The position numbers and the translations under genes are program-made. A stretch of DNA of 55,796 bases from Bdellovibrionales bacterium (GTDB taxonomy: Bacteria; Bdellovibrionota; Bdellovibrionia; Bdellovibrionales; JAMPXM01): assembly GCA_043746635.1 (NCBI GenBank), contig JAYTQQ010000129.1, positions 1 to 55,796 of the forward strand, read 5' to 3'. The notes below the pieces were generated by a model. The model was given only the letters and a program-made list of their open reading frames with translations, had not been told where the DNA came from and did no database searches. Positions 1 to 8,641 of the stretch are shown here, piece by piece (position 1 is the stretch's first letter; each line of letters opens with the position of its first letter).

Positions 1-391
1 TCGCAACTTCTTTTAACAAAGAATAATTATACATATTGCGCGAACCAATTTGAAAAACATCGACCGACGACATCATGTCTACAATTTGTCTAGGATCGAT
101 GACCTCAGAAATCAGAGGCATGTGAATTTCTGATTTTACTTGATTGATAAATGAATACGCTTTGTCGCCGAGCCCTTGAAAAGAATTTGGATTCGTGCGC
201 ATCTTGTAAATTCCGCCGCGTAACATGCTCGCACCGAGGGCTCGAATCCCTTGACCGGTTTGAAGCAATTGTTCTTTCGACTCAATCGCGCAAGGACCCG
301 CAATCACCGGAATGTTCACTCCGCCAAATTCAATAAGAGAAGCTTCGGCCGCTCCCGAATTTTGGATTTTCACAACTTGATTTGGATTCAT
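1..391 (-). CDS. aroF: 3-deoxy-7-phosphoheptulonate (DAHP) synthase, type I-beta, partial (3' end runs off the window)
   Basis: Not in the ORF track. Hand translation from ATG 391: MNPNQVVKIQ...VIAGPCAIES...LRGGIYKMRTNPNSFQGLG...FQIGSRNMYN. These match the AGPCxxES, RGGxxKxRTxPxSFQGxG and QIGxRNM motifs. Confidence 0.9.
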   Translation of the reverse strand, partial: MNPNQVVKIQNSGAAEASLIEFGGVNIPVIAGPCAIESKEQLLQTGQGIRALGASMLRGGIYKMRTNPNSFQGLGDKAYSFINQVKSEIHMPLISEVIDPRQIVDMMSSVDVFQIGSRNMYNYSLLKEVA

Positions 392-495
392 AATCTCTTC
401 TTCTGTAAGAACTAAAAGCGTTGTATCACAAGTATCTTCTCAGGTAAGAACAACATTAGACTATAGTGCATGAATTTTTTCAAGTCTGAGGTGGA

Positions 496-2100
496 GTGCT
501 TTTGAATCTAAAAAATTTGAACAACATTGAGACCTGTCAGCAGATCCTGAGTGAGCTTGCACGACACGGCCTGAGCGAGATTGTTTTCTGCGCCGGATCT
601 CGAAATGCACCCTTCATCGCGTGCCTCGGACAGCTCAAAAATGCTCGAATTTATTCATTTTTTGAGGAGCGGTCGGCTGCTTTTTTCGCTCTCGGAAGAG
701 CGCGGGCTTTGAAGTCTCCGGTTGCAGTTATTACAACTTCGGGAACGGCAGCGGCCGAGCTTTTGCCTGCTTGTATCGAGGCTTTTCATTCGGGGGTGCC
801 GCTCGTTTTGATCTCGGCCGATCGGCCGCGAAAGCTCAGGTTCACCGGAGCCCCTCAAAGTATGGATCAAACCGGCCTCATGTCAGGTTTTGTTGAGAGG
901 GCCTTCGATCTTGAAAAAGAAGAATTTAAGATAGAGGAGTGGTCTTTAAGGGCTCCGATTCACATCAATATTTGTTTAGATGAACCTTTGCTCGATGCCG
1001 AAATCGCCCCCTGGAGCTTGCCTACTCTATTTCGAGAGCCCGCCTTGATTTCGTCGGATCTTTTGGCGCGGGTTGAAATTTTAAAAACCATGGAGCACGC
1101 CGAAAAGCCCCTTATTTTATTAAGCGGCCTAGAAGATGCAAACGAAATGAAAGCGGCCCTTGAGATTTGCTTGGCTTTAGAATGGCCAACCTACGCCGAA
1201 GCTTGTTCGGGCCTACGAGAATCTTCTCAACTTCAAAAATTTCTTCTTCGTGGCGGTGAACAATTACTCAGCCACGTATACAAAAAATTCGATGTCGTAT
1301 TGCGTTTGGGTTCAGTGCCAACCACCCGTCTCTGGCGTGATCTCGAAAATGGAGCGTGCGAAGTACTGAGCGTGAGTTCGCTCAAATTTACGGGTCGCAG
1401 CCAGTCGGTGTTTTTGCAAAGCCGTATTCAAGATTTTGCTCAAAATTTTTCTTTTCACGGAACTCCCAAACAAAAAGACTGGCAGAAAAAACTCGCCGTT
1501 CTCGATGCTCAAGTTTCAGAGTTTAATCTCGCTTTGTTTGAGAGATATCCACTTGCGGAACCAAGCCTCGTGCGTGCTATTTCGGACCTGGTCGAAGAAG
1601 ACGAAACTATCTACGTCGGAAATAGTTTGCCGATTCGCCACTGGGATTTCGCGGCAACGCATTCGTGCTCGCATCACGTCTATGCCAATCGTGGAGTCAA
1701 TGGCATCGACGGACAACTCTCAAGCTTCTTAGGCCTCACCGCTTCAGCGACGAAGCGTACATGGTGTCTCGTCGGTGACCTTACGGCACTTTATGATATG
1801 ACCGCTCCTTGGATTTTAAAGAATTTCTCTTCGAGAAATCAGATTTTTGTGATTCTTAATAACGGTGGCGGACAAATCTTTCACCGCATATACCACAACC
1901 CTCTCTTCGAAAATAGCCACTCACTCAATTTTTCAGACTGGGCCAAAATGTGGAGCCTTGACTATGAACTCTGGACAGGCAAAAATTTAAAGAGCGCTAA
2001 CTTAAAGAGTGGTGGAGCACGCGTGATCGAAGTTGTGCCAAACGCCGAACAGACCCAAAATTTTTGGAATGAACATAGCGAGTTTGTAAAAAAATTATGA
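496..2100 (+). CDS. menD: SEPHCHC synthase (menaquinone biosynthesis, TPP-dependent)
   Basis: GSRNAP, EERSAAFFALG, TTSGTAAAELLPA, SADRP, NRGVNGIDG and GDLTALYD...NNGGG motifs. Exact start uncertain. Confidence 0.95.
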   Translation: MLLNLKNLNNIETCQQILSELARHGLSEIVFCAGSRNAPFIACLGQLKNARIYSFFEERSAAFFALGRARALKSPVAVITTSGTAAAELLPACIEAFHSGVPLVLISADRPRKLRFTGAPQSMDQTGLMSGFVERAFDLEKEEFKIEEWSLRAPIHINICLDEPLLDAEIAPWSLPTLFREPALISSDLLARVEILKTMEHAEKPLILLSGLEDANEMKAALEICLALEWPTYAEACSGLRESSQLQKFLLRGGEQLLSHVYKKFDVVLRLGSVPTTRLWRDLENGACEVLSVSSLKFTGRSQSVFLQSRIQDFAQNFSFHGTPKQKDWQKKLAVLDAQVSEFNLALFERYPLAEPSLVRAISDLVEEDETIYVGNSLPIRHWDFAATHSCSHHVYANRGVNGIDGQLSSFLGLTASATKRTWCLVGDLTALYDMTAPWILKNFSSRNQIFVILNNGGGQIFHRIYHNPLFENSHSLNFSDWAKMWSLDYELWTGKNLKSANLKSGGARVIEVVPNAEQTQNFWNEHSEFVKKL

Positions 2101-2816
2101 TTTATGCCCTCCACGGATTTTTAGGTCTTCCCTCCGACTGGAATTTTTTAAAAGTTCATTTCTTGTCTCACGCACGACTTCAAGTCGAAACCGATAATTT
2201 GTGGCAGACTTCACTCAGCATGAAAGCTTGGGCTCAGCAGAAAACTGAAGAAGTGGCAGCAAAAGCTGGCCCGCGGGTTCTTCTAGGTTACTCCATGGGC
2301 GGAAGACTCGCCATGCACCTCTTACTTGCCAATCCTGGTCTTTGGGATGCTGCGATTTTCGTATCGGCCAACCCGGGTACGGCAAGCATTGCCGAACGTT
2401 CAACTCGCAAAGAGCTTGATCGTAAATGGGCTCAAAGATTTTTGAAAGACGATTGGAAAAAAGTTGTCTCTGACTGGAATCAACAAACTTTGTTTACAAA
2501 TAATTTTTCAGCTAAAAACACGATTTCGTTACCTCGTTCCGAAAAAGATTTTGATCGTAAAGCTTTAGCTCGGGCCATCGAAGAGTGGTCTCTGGCGCAG
2601 CAGGATGATCTCGCTGTGCGATTAGCTCAGGTGAATATTCCTGTGCTGTGGATAGCGGGAGAGCATGACGAAAAGTACTGCGATCTCTTAAGCGGTTTTG
2701 CCCAAGTAGCAAAGTCTCACAGATTCGAAAAGATTTCAGGAGCGGCTCACAGAGCGCCTTGGGATCATCCGTCGGAGTTTATTTCGAAACTTGAGAGTTT
2801 TCTCGGTCATATTTGA
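2097..2816 (+). CDS. menH: SHCHC synthase, alpha/beta hydrolase
   Basis: LHGFLG, GYSMGGR nucleophile elbow, GEHDEKY and a C-terminal His. ATGA overlap with menD. Confidence 0.88.
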   Translation: MIYALHGFLGLPSDWNFLKVHFLSHARLQVETDNLWQTSLSMKAWAQQKTEEVAAKAGPRVLLGYSMGGRLAMHLLLANPGLWDAAIFVSANPGTASIAERSTRKELDRKWAQRFLKDDWKKVVSDWNQQTLFTNNFSAKNTISLPRSEKDFDRKALARAIEEWSLAQQDDLAVRLAQVNIPVLWIAGEHDEKYCDLLSGFAQVAKSHRFEKISGAAHRAPWDHPSEFISKLESFLGHI

Positions 2817-4042
2817 TAACGATGATCGAATCGGCCTAAAACAAAAATCAGTAATAATCCAGGAATGGTAATCGCCGCACAGACGATGAAGAAATTCGTC
2901 CAGCCAAGTTGAATCGCTAGAATACCGGTGAGACTGCCGGCAAGGACCCGAGGGACACTCGAAAGACTGCTCAGCAAAGCATACTGGGTCGCCGAAAATC
3001 TTTTGTCGCAGTGATTCGCCATGAACGCTAGCAATGCTGACGTTGCCATTCCTGACGTGAAGTTTTCAGCCGTAACGACAGCCGCGAGAAGCTGAATATT
3101 CGGACCTTGCGAAGCGAGAACTGCAAATCCGAGGAGTGCGAAACCCTGAAGAGCTCCAAACAAAAGAAGTGCTCGGCCCGCCCGGATGCGGATCAATAAT
3201 ATTCCTCCCGTGAGCGCGCCGAGGATGGTTGCCCAGAAACCAAAGAGCTTAACGACTCCGGCAATTTCAGTTTTGGTAAAACCGATCTTAATGTAAAAAG
3301 GCGCCGTCATGTCGGATGCCATCGACTCACCGACTTTGTATAAAATAATGAAGACCAAAACAAGCAAGGCATTTTTGCGCGAGAAAAATTCTTTCAGCGG
3401 CTCGATGAAAGCTCCCCAAATATTTTTCGAATGCGCGACTTCTTCAGGCTCCGGCGAAAAATACGTGAGCGCGACTCCGACTATCATGGTGGCGGCCATG
3501 ATCTGGTAAACCTGATTCCACAGAATGTGATCGGCGAGGTAAAGGGCGAAGCCTCCGCTAAAGAGAAGCGCTAGGCGATAGAAGTTCACGTAGAGACTTG
3601 ATCCAAGACCTTGCTCTTCAGAAGATAGAATTTCTCGGCGATAAGCATCGACCACGATATCTTGGCTCGCGCTAAAAAATGCGATCAAGATAGCGAAAGC
3701 CCCAACGAGTTGAATATTTTCTGCTGGGTGACAAAATGAAAGCGCTAAGAGACTCAAGCCCAAACAAATTTGGGTGAGGATGAGCCAACTGCGGCGCCTT
3801 CCGAATGAGAAAACTTTTAAGTGGTCCATAAATGGAGACCACAAAAATTTCACGCTGTAAGGAAGCTGTACGAGAGAGAAAAAACCGATAAGCTTAAGAT
3901 CAAGACTCGATTCGGTTAGCCAGGTTTTGAGCGTTGAACCCACCAGTAACAATGGTAGTCCGGAAAAGAAACCCATGAGACCAATGATGAGCATTTTTTT
4001 TGAAAAAACGCTCTTGATAATGCTATGCTGGTCTTCACTCAT
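2807..4042 (-). CDS. ampG: AmpG-family muropeptide MFS permease
   Basis: GFFSGLP, KFLWSPFMD, GRRRSW, SASQDIVVDAYR and ATQYALLSS motifs; about 12 hydrophobic segments. Confidence 0.92.
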   Translation of the reverse strand: MSEDQHSIIKSVFSKKMLIIGLMGFFSGLPLLLVGSTLKTWLTESSLDLKLIGFFSLVQLPYSVKFLWSPFMDHLKVFSFGRRRSWLILTQICLGLSLLALSFCHPAENIQLVGAFAILIAFFSASQDIVVDAYRREILSSEEQGLGSSLYVNFYRLALLFSGGFALYLADHILWNQVYQIMAATMIVGVALTYFSPEPEEVAHSKNIWGAFIEPLKEFFSRKNALLVLVFIILYKVGESMASDMTAPFYIKIGFTKTEIAGVVKLFGFWATILGALTGGILLIRIRAGRALLLFGALQGFALLGFAVLASQGPNIQLLAAVVTAENFTSGMATSALLAFMANHCDKRFSATQYALLSSLSSVPRVLAGSLTGILAIQLGWTNFFIVCAAITIPGLLLIFVLGRFDHRYQI

Positions 4043-4048
4043 GGTTTA

Positions 4049-4078
4049 AGCCTAGCAAACTTTTTCGTGAACGTACAA
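4049..4078 (-). promoter_or_regulatory. Candidate sigma70 promoter for ampG (leaderless geometry)
   Basis: Minus strand TTGTAC-N18-TAGGCT, then 6 nt, then ATG 4042; no SD. Confidence 0.4.
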
Positions 4079-4087
4079 GGAGACACT

Positions 4088-4648
4088 GTGGCAGTACGTG
4101 AAATTTTAAGAATGGGAAATCCACTTTTACGAAAACGCGCGCGCGAACTCACCAAAGAAGAAATCCTATCTGATTGGTTTAAGAATCTCGTCGTCGATAT
4201 GAGTGATTCGATGCACGCAACCAACGGAGTCGGAATTGCGGCTCCCCAAGTCGGTGAACTCGTTCGTCTCTCCGTCGTTGAATTTTCAAGCGACAACGCT
4301 CGCTACCCCGAAATGGGAGCGCAGGGTTTGACCGTATTTGTAAATCCTGTTCTGAAGGTTACCCAAACTTACGAACAAATATTTTGGGAAGGATGTCTCT
4401 CAGTTCCTGATTTGCGAGGAGCCGTTGCCAGGCCGAGCGGCGTGTACGTTGAGTACCTCAATGAAAATGCCGAACTCAAACAAATACAGGCCGGCGGATT
4501 TCTCGCAACTGTTTTGCAACATGAGTTTGATCACCTCGACGGGATTCTCTACATCGATCGGGTGAAAGACTTAACGAAATTAAGTTTTATCGATGAGTAC
4601 AAACAATTTTGGGCTCCCCAAGCGTTGCATAAAGAACTAGACGATTAA
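4088..4648 (+). CDS. def: Peptide deformylase
   Basis: GVGIAAPQVG, EGCLS and QHEFDHLDG motifs. Start moved to GTG 4088 after AAGGAG, since the ORF-track start 4025 overlaps ampG. Confidence 0.95.
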   Translation: MAVREILRMGNPLLRKRARELTKEEILSDWFKNLVVDMSDSMHATNGVGIAAPQVGELVRLSVVEFSSDNARYPEMGAQGLTVFVNPVLKVTQTYEQIFWEGCLSVPDLRGAVARPSGVYVEYLNENAELKQIQAGGFLATVLQHEFDHLDGILYIDRVKDLTKLSFIDEYKQFWAPQALHKELDD

Positions 4649-4734
4649 TTAAACCGCGATTTTTTTGATCTGTTCAATCCGCGCCTTTAAATTTTGAATA
4701 TCTTGTTTCAATGAATTGTTTTCTTCAGCCAAAG

Positions 4735-5337
4735 CTATGATTTTTTACGAAGAAGTTTCAGTTCCTCTGGGTCAAGAGTCGCGACAGGTTTTGACTGAGA
4801 CTCAGATTCACTTGCTGTGGGAACAACGGCAAGTATCGTCTTAATGACTGTCATGTCTGAGCCTTTGCGTAGCGCATCTTCGATAGCGTCTTCAACAAAT
4901 ACTTCAGGATCGACTTTATCAGCACGAAGAGCTCCATCATGAATGAGCTTTCGCACTTCGGTGATGATCTTTATAAAAGCAGCACTAATGTCTGCCGGAG
5001 ACGGATGATTCACTTCAAAAAGATCATCAATCTTTCGACGTTGGGAAAAGCTAAAAGTACGGTAAAATCGCTGGCGTTCTTCAGGTTTAAAGCCGTGAAA
5101 AGCAATTGCGATGGTAAGGTCTTGCAGACCTCCTGCAATCTCAGAAATCACTTCGTCAGAAAAACTCATGATCCTTTCCATCGTGAGCATTTTCTTTTGA
5201 ATGGCCTCGCTCCATCTAGGATCTTCTTCTCTTACCATGCTCAAGAATTTCTCTTTCTTTGCGGGACCGCAAGTTTCGATGAGTTGCAAGAGCTGCATAA
5301 AACCTCCGGTTTTTTGATAGCGATCTAAAGTTCCCAC
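4735..5337 (-). CDS. FliG C-terminal-domain-like protein; probably frameshifted near the 3' end (natural end 4649)
   Basis: FliG-C-like helical pattern (KFLSMVREEDP..SEAIQKKMLTMERI...DISAAFIKIITEVRKLIHDG). GTG 5337 follows GGAG. A 30-aa coiled-coil tail lies in the -1 frame after an A6 run. Confidence 0.65.
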   Translation of the reverse strand: MGTLDRYQKTGGFMQLLQLIETCGPAKKEKFLSMVREEDPRWSEAIQKKMLTMERIMSFSDEVISEIAGGLQDLTIAIAFHGFKPEERQRFYRTFSFSQRRKIDDLFEVNHPSPADISAAFIKIITEVRKLIHDGALRADKVDPEVFVEDAIEDALRKGSDMTVIKTILAVVPTASESESQSKPVATLDPEELKLLRKKS

Positions 5338-5380
5338 CAGATTCTCCAAATAAAATATATGTTGATAGCTGACAAAGAAT

Positions 5381-5408
5381 TCATCGACATTTTGAAACCA
5401 GATCTAAA
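5381..5408 (-). promoter_or_regulatory. Candidate sigma28 (FliA)-like promoter for the FliG-C-like gene
   Basis: Minus strand TTTA-N16-GTCGATGA versus consensus TAAA-N15/16-GCCGATAA. Confidence 0.3.
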
Positions 5409-5564
5409 GATCTCATCATTTTGTTTAAGAGTTTGCCGACTTAATTCACCTAATTTTGCTTACTTTTTTGACGATTTTATTTTTTTACGAATTGAATCGC
5501 GGCCCTAAGATGAACATGCCTCATATTGAGAGTCGAACCTCTTGAAATAGTTAGACATTAAGAA

Positions 5565-5592
5565 TCAACCCAGTTTGCCAATCTTCCGATAG
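5565..5592 (+). promoter_or_regulatory. Candidate sigma28-like promoter for the 5600-7146 operon
   Basis: TCAA-N16-TCCGATAG, ending 7 nt before ATG 5600. Confidence 0.35.
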
Positions 5593-5599
5593 GTCACTT

Positions 5600-6481
5600 A
5601 TGAAGAATTTCTTATTTATATTTTTAATTATTATCGGAGGATTTGCACAGGCGAGAAACCTCATTGGTGCACTCAATACTCCGATGACCCTCCCGGAAGC
5701 GAAATCAGAAGCCCCGCAGCCTGCCGCGAGCTGCTTTACGATCAATACCCTCGGCTTTCAAATTCCTACATTTGCGTCTCGTTCTGAGATTTTTAAAACA
5801 CTTAAAATCAAGAATTTATTGTCTCAAGACGTGACGACTCCAAATCTTCAAGTTTTAAAAGATGCGTTCATGCAATCAACTTCTGTGTATAAAAACAATT
5901 TTGACGTCGATTCAAACTCTTCTCCAGTGCTTGTACAATCCCGAGCGCGTCTTTTAGGTGCTGTCGGTTATAATGAAAAACGTCTCGATCAATCGATGAA
6001 AGCAGAACTGACGAATTTAGCAACAATTGATCCACGCTGGAAAGCCGCTCTTCAAAAACTCACATGCGTCTCACAAAATTGTAAGTCGGCATATGAAGTG
6101 ATGATTGCTTACGATAAACTAATCGCGGGCGGAAAGAACTTCAAGAAAGATCTTGAGGCGGCTTTACTCGAGCAAGAAAGCGAACAGGTGACGGTTGACG
6201 AAATGCTTGGTGGGAAAATCATTCCGAGTGAACGTGCCCGCCTCAGACTTTTTTCAGCGTTACTCAGCCAACTCGGAATCGCTAGCGAAACCAGATGGAA
6301 TTGCAGCAAAACCGCAACCGGAGTTCAGTTTTCGGCACGACTTGAAGTCATCATCGGTAAAGATACGTGGTCGAGCGACACCGCTCTCTTGAGTGATTAT
6401 TCTCAGAAGTCCTCTCAACTTTGTTTTTCAAGCTTAGAAAAGTTATCAGAACAGTGTGGTAAAAAGGGAGTGTCTTTATGA
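5600..6481 (+). CDS. Secreted hypothetical protein, possible degenerate transglutaminase-like domain
   Basis: Sec signal peptide (MKNFLFIFLIIIGGFAQA). C-terminal LFSALLSQLGIAS...SARLEV...W..D resembles the TGase core pattern without catalytic Cys/His. Confidence 0.75.
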   Translation: MKNFLFIFLIIIGGFAQARNLIGALNTPMTLPEAKSEAPQPAASCFTINTLGFQIPTFASRSEIFKTLKIKNLLSQDVTTPNLQVLKDAFMQSTSVYKNNFDVDSNSSPVLVQSRARLLGAVGYNEKRLDQSMKAELTNLATIDPRWKAALQKLTCVSQNCKSAYEVMIAYDKLIAGGKNFKKDLEAALLEQESEQVTVDEMLGGKIIPSERARLRLFSALLSQLGIASETRWNCSKTATGVQFSARLEVIIGKDTWSSDTALLSDYSQKSSQLCFSSLEKLSEQCGKKGVSL

Positions 6482-7146
6482 GTCACCGAATCGTACTCGC
6501 CAGCATTTCTGAAGAAGAAAATTTTATTATGAAGAAAAAGATCGATCCCCTCGTAACTGAACTCGGCGAGATGCGTTTCATCAGTGTTCGCCCCCAAGGA
6601 CTTAGTTCGGTTCTTGATCCGAACTCAAGTTTAGTCATCATGAATGTTGCAAACTACACAAAAGAAATTCGCGCGAGTGTCATGTCCGTACGCGGAGCCG
6701 CTTACAACGGCCCGATTCTGGTTACGTCAAAAGTCGAAAACTTAGAAGCAATTCGCGAACTTCAAAGTATGCAGAATACAGTTTTTTTAGAAAAGCCTTT
6801 TGAAGTACGAGACCTCCAAGGTATTATTCGTAAATTTTTAAATGCTCGAAGTGTTTTTCAACGTATTCATCGTCGTTACAACACGGTGATGTCTGCCGAT
6901 GTGGAGTGGGGCGACAATCGACCAAAAGCGACGAGCGTTCTTTTTAATCTTTCAAAAGGTGGAGCGTATATCGAGCTCGTCGGCAGCGCTCTCGTGAAAA
7001 AGGGCGACCAACTCAAAGTGCATATCACTCTCGATGAAGTTCGTAAAAGCTACGCGATGCCAGCCAAAGTCATCTGGTGTTCAGACCGTGGAATGAACGG
7101 TGGCTGCGGAGTGGGCGTTGAATTCTTGGGAAAAGCTGCGCTTTAA
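6478..7146 (+). CDS. Pseudo-receiver (REC-like) plus PilZ domain protein, putative c-di-GMP effector
   Basis: N-terminal REC-like pattern (PILVTS...FLEKPF). PilZ motifs RIHRR (RxxxR) and NLSKGG (D/NxSxxG), ending GVGVEF. ATGA overlap with the upstream gene. Confidence 0.85.
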   Translation: MSHRIVLASISEEENFIMKKKIDPLVTELGEMRFISVRPQGLSSVLDPNSSLVIMNVANYTKEIRASVMSVRGAAYNGPILVTSKVENLEAIRELQSMQNTVFLEKPFEVRDLQGIIRKFLNARSVFQRIHRRYNTVMSADVEWGDNRPKATSVLFNLSKGGAYIELVGSALVKKGDQLKVHITLDEVRKSYAMPAKVIWCSDRGMNGGCGVGVEFLGKAAL

Positions 7147-7151
7147 AACCT

Positions 7152-8612
7152 TTACTGAGTCTCTTTTTTAACAGGAATAGTCGGAGCAACGACCGCCGTT
7201 GCAGGAACCGACGCTGCCGCAATTCCCGTGCCGGCATAATTTTCGATCGTGCGCCATGCTCTCAGGTAATTGTAGGCTTGCATGACCTGAAAATCTTCGC
7301 TGAGCAATTTCTCTCGAGGAGAATTAGGCTTTTTCTTAGAAGTGTCGCTCTTCCACCAGTAGTTGACGTCATCACCAGGTTTCTTCTCGGTCGCGACACC
7401 CTTAGCTTCATTTTCTTTCGCTTGTTCTTGCTCAGAAGTTCCTAATAAATGATTTTGCATATCTGATTCGCGATGAACATCACGTTTGATGATGGCCTTC
7501 TTATAATTTTCTGCATCGACGTCATCGATAAATACGTCAGGTTTAATGCCGACTGACTGGATCGATTTTCCGCTCGGGGTATAGTAACGCGCGACCGTTA
7601 ACTTCAAGGCCGAACCATCGCCAAGTTTTACCACCGATTGAACCGATCCTTTACCGAAGCTGGTTTGGCCCATGATCAACGCACGTTTGTTATCTTGCAA
7701 GGCTCCGGCTAAAATCTCGCTGGCACTCGCTGAATATTCATTGATCAAAACAATGATCGGGAAGTTCATGTAGGCGCCATCTTTTTTTGCCATCACGATT
7801 TCTTTTTCTCGTTGGTTACGACCTATGGTTGATACAATAATCCCTTTGTCGAGAAATAGATTACTAATACGAATCGCTTGGTCTAAAAGTCCGCCAGGAT
7901 TTCTTCGCAAATCGATGATGATTCCTTTGACGTTACCTTTTGCGTTTTTTACGTGTTCTTTGACGGCCTTTTCCATTTCGGCGCCAGAGTTTTCGATGAA
8001 GCTTGTTAGGCGAATGTAACCGAAACCGTCATTGAGATCAGTGTATTTCACTGATCGAACCTTCACCACTCCACGTTGAACAACAAATTCTTTTGGCTTG
8101 TCAAAACCGTCCCTGAAAATGCCCATCCGAACTTTGCTGCCCTTTTTACCGCGCATCTTTTGGGCCGCTTCGGCGAGGCTTAAACCTTTCGTGCTTTCAC
8201 CATTCACTTCAACGATTTTATCGCCGGCTTGAATGCCGGCTTCCCATGCGGGAGTGTCTTCAATCGGAGCGATGACCGTGAGCACATCGTTCTGAACCGT
8301 GATCTCAATTCCGAGTCCGCCGAACTCCCCGCTCGTTTCATTTTCAAATTCTTTGTAAAGATCTGGAGGCAAGAAGTTTGTGTGTGGGTCTAATTCTTGA
8401 AGCATGCCCTTGATCGCACCATACACTAATTTTTTGGTATCGACCTCTTCGACGTAATACTGTTGAACAAAGTTCAAAACTTTTGTGAAGATTTGCAAAT
8501 CTTGGTAGCGCTCGGCCGCAAAAGCTGTGTAACGACTAGCTGAAGCCAGAGTCAGCGCAACGACCAAGACGGACACAAACGCTACGCCTACCAAAAACTT
8601 TTTAAATTTCAC
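7152..8612 (-). CDS. ctpA: Carboxy-terminal processing protease (S41A, PDZ)
   Basis: LDPHT, FGGLGI (PDZ), DLRRNPGG, SASASEI and SFGKGSVQ motifs. Likely GTG start 8612 after AAGGAG. Confidence 0.95.
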   Translation of the reverse strand: MKFKKFLVGVAFVSVLVVALTLASASRYTAFAAERYQDLQIFTKVLNFVQQYYVEEVDTKKLVYGAIKGMLQELDPHTNFLPPDLYKEFENETSGEFGGLGIEITVQNDVLTVIAPIEDTPAWEAGIQAGDKIVEVNGESTKGLSLAEAAQKMRGKKGSKVRMGIFRDGFDKPKEFVVQRGVVKVRSVKYTDLNDGFGYIRLTSFIENSGAEMEKAVKEHVKNAKGNVKGIIIDLRRNPGGLLDQAIRISNLFLDKGIIVSTIGRNQREKEIVMAKKDGAYMNFPIIVLINEYSASASEILAGALQDNKRALIMGQTSFGKGSVQSVVKLGDGSALKLTVARYYTPSGKSIQSVGIKPDVFIDDVDAENYKKAIIKRDVHRESDMQNHLLGTSEQEQAKENEAKGVATEKKPGDDVNYWWKSDTSKKKPNSPREKLLSEDFQVMQAYNYLRAWRTIENYAGTGIAAASVPATAVVAPTIPVKKETQ

Positions 8613-8641
8613 AAAATCTCCTTTTGATTCCGAAACGCTGA

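Noticed and set aside
151-336. 61-aa Cys-rich plus-strand ORF
   Set aside because: Antisense shadow of the DAHP synthase gene on the minus strand.
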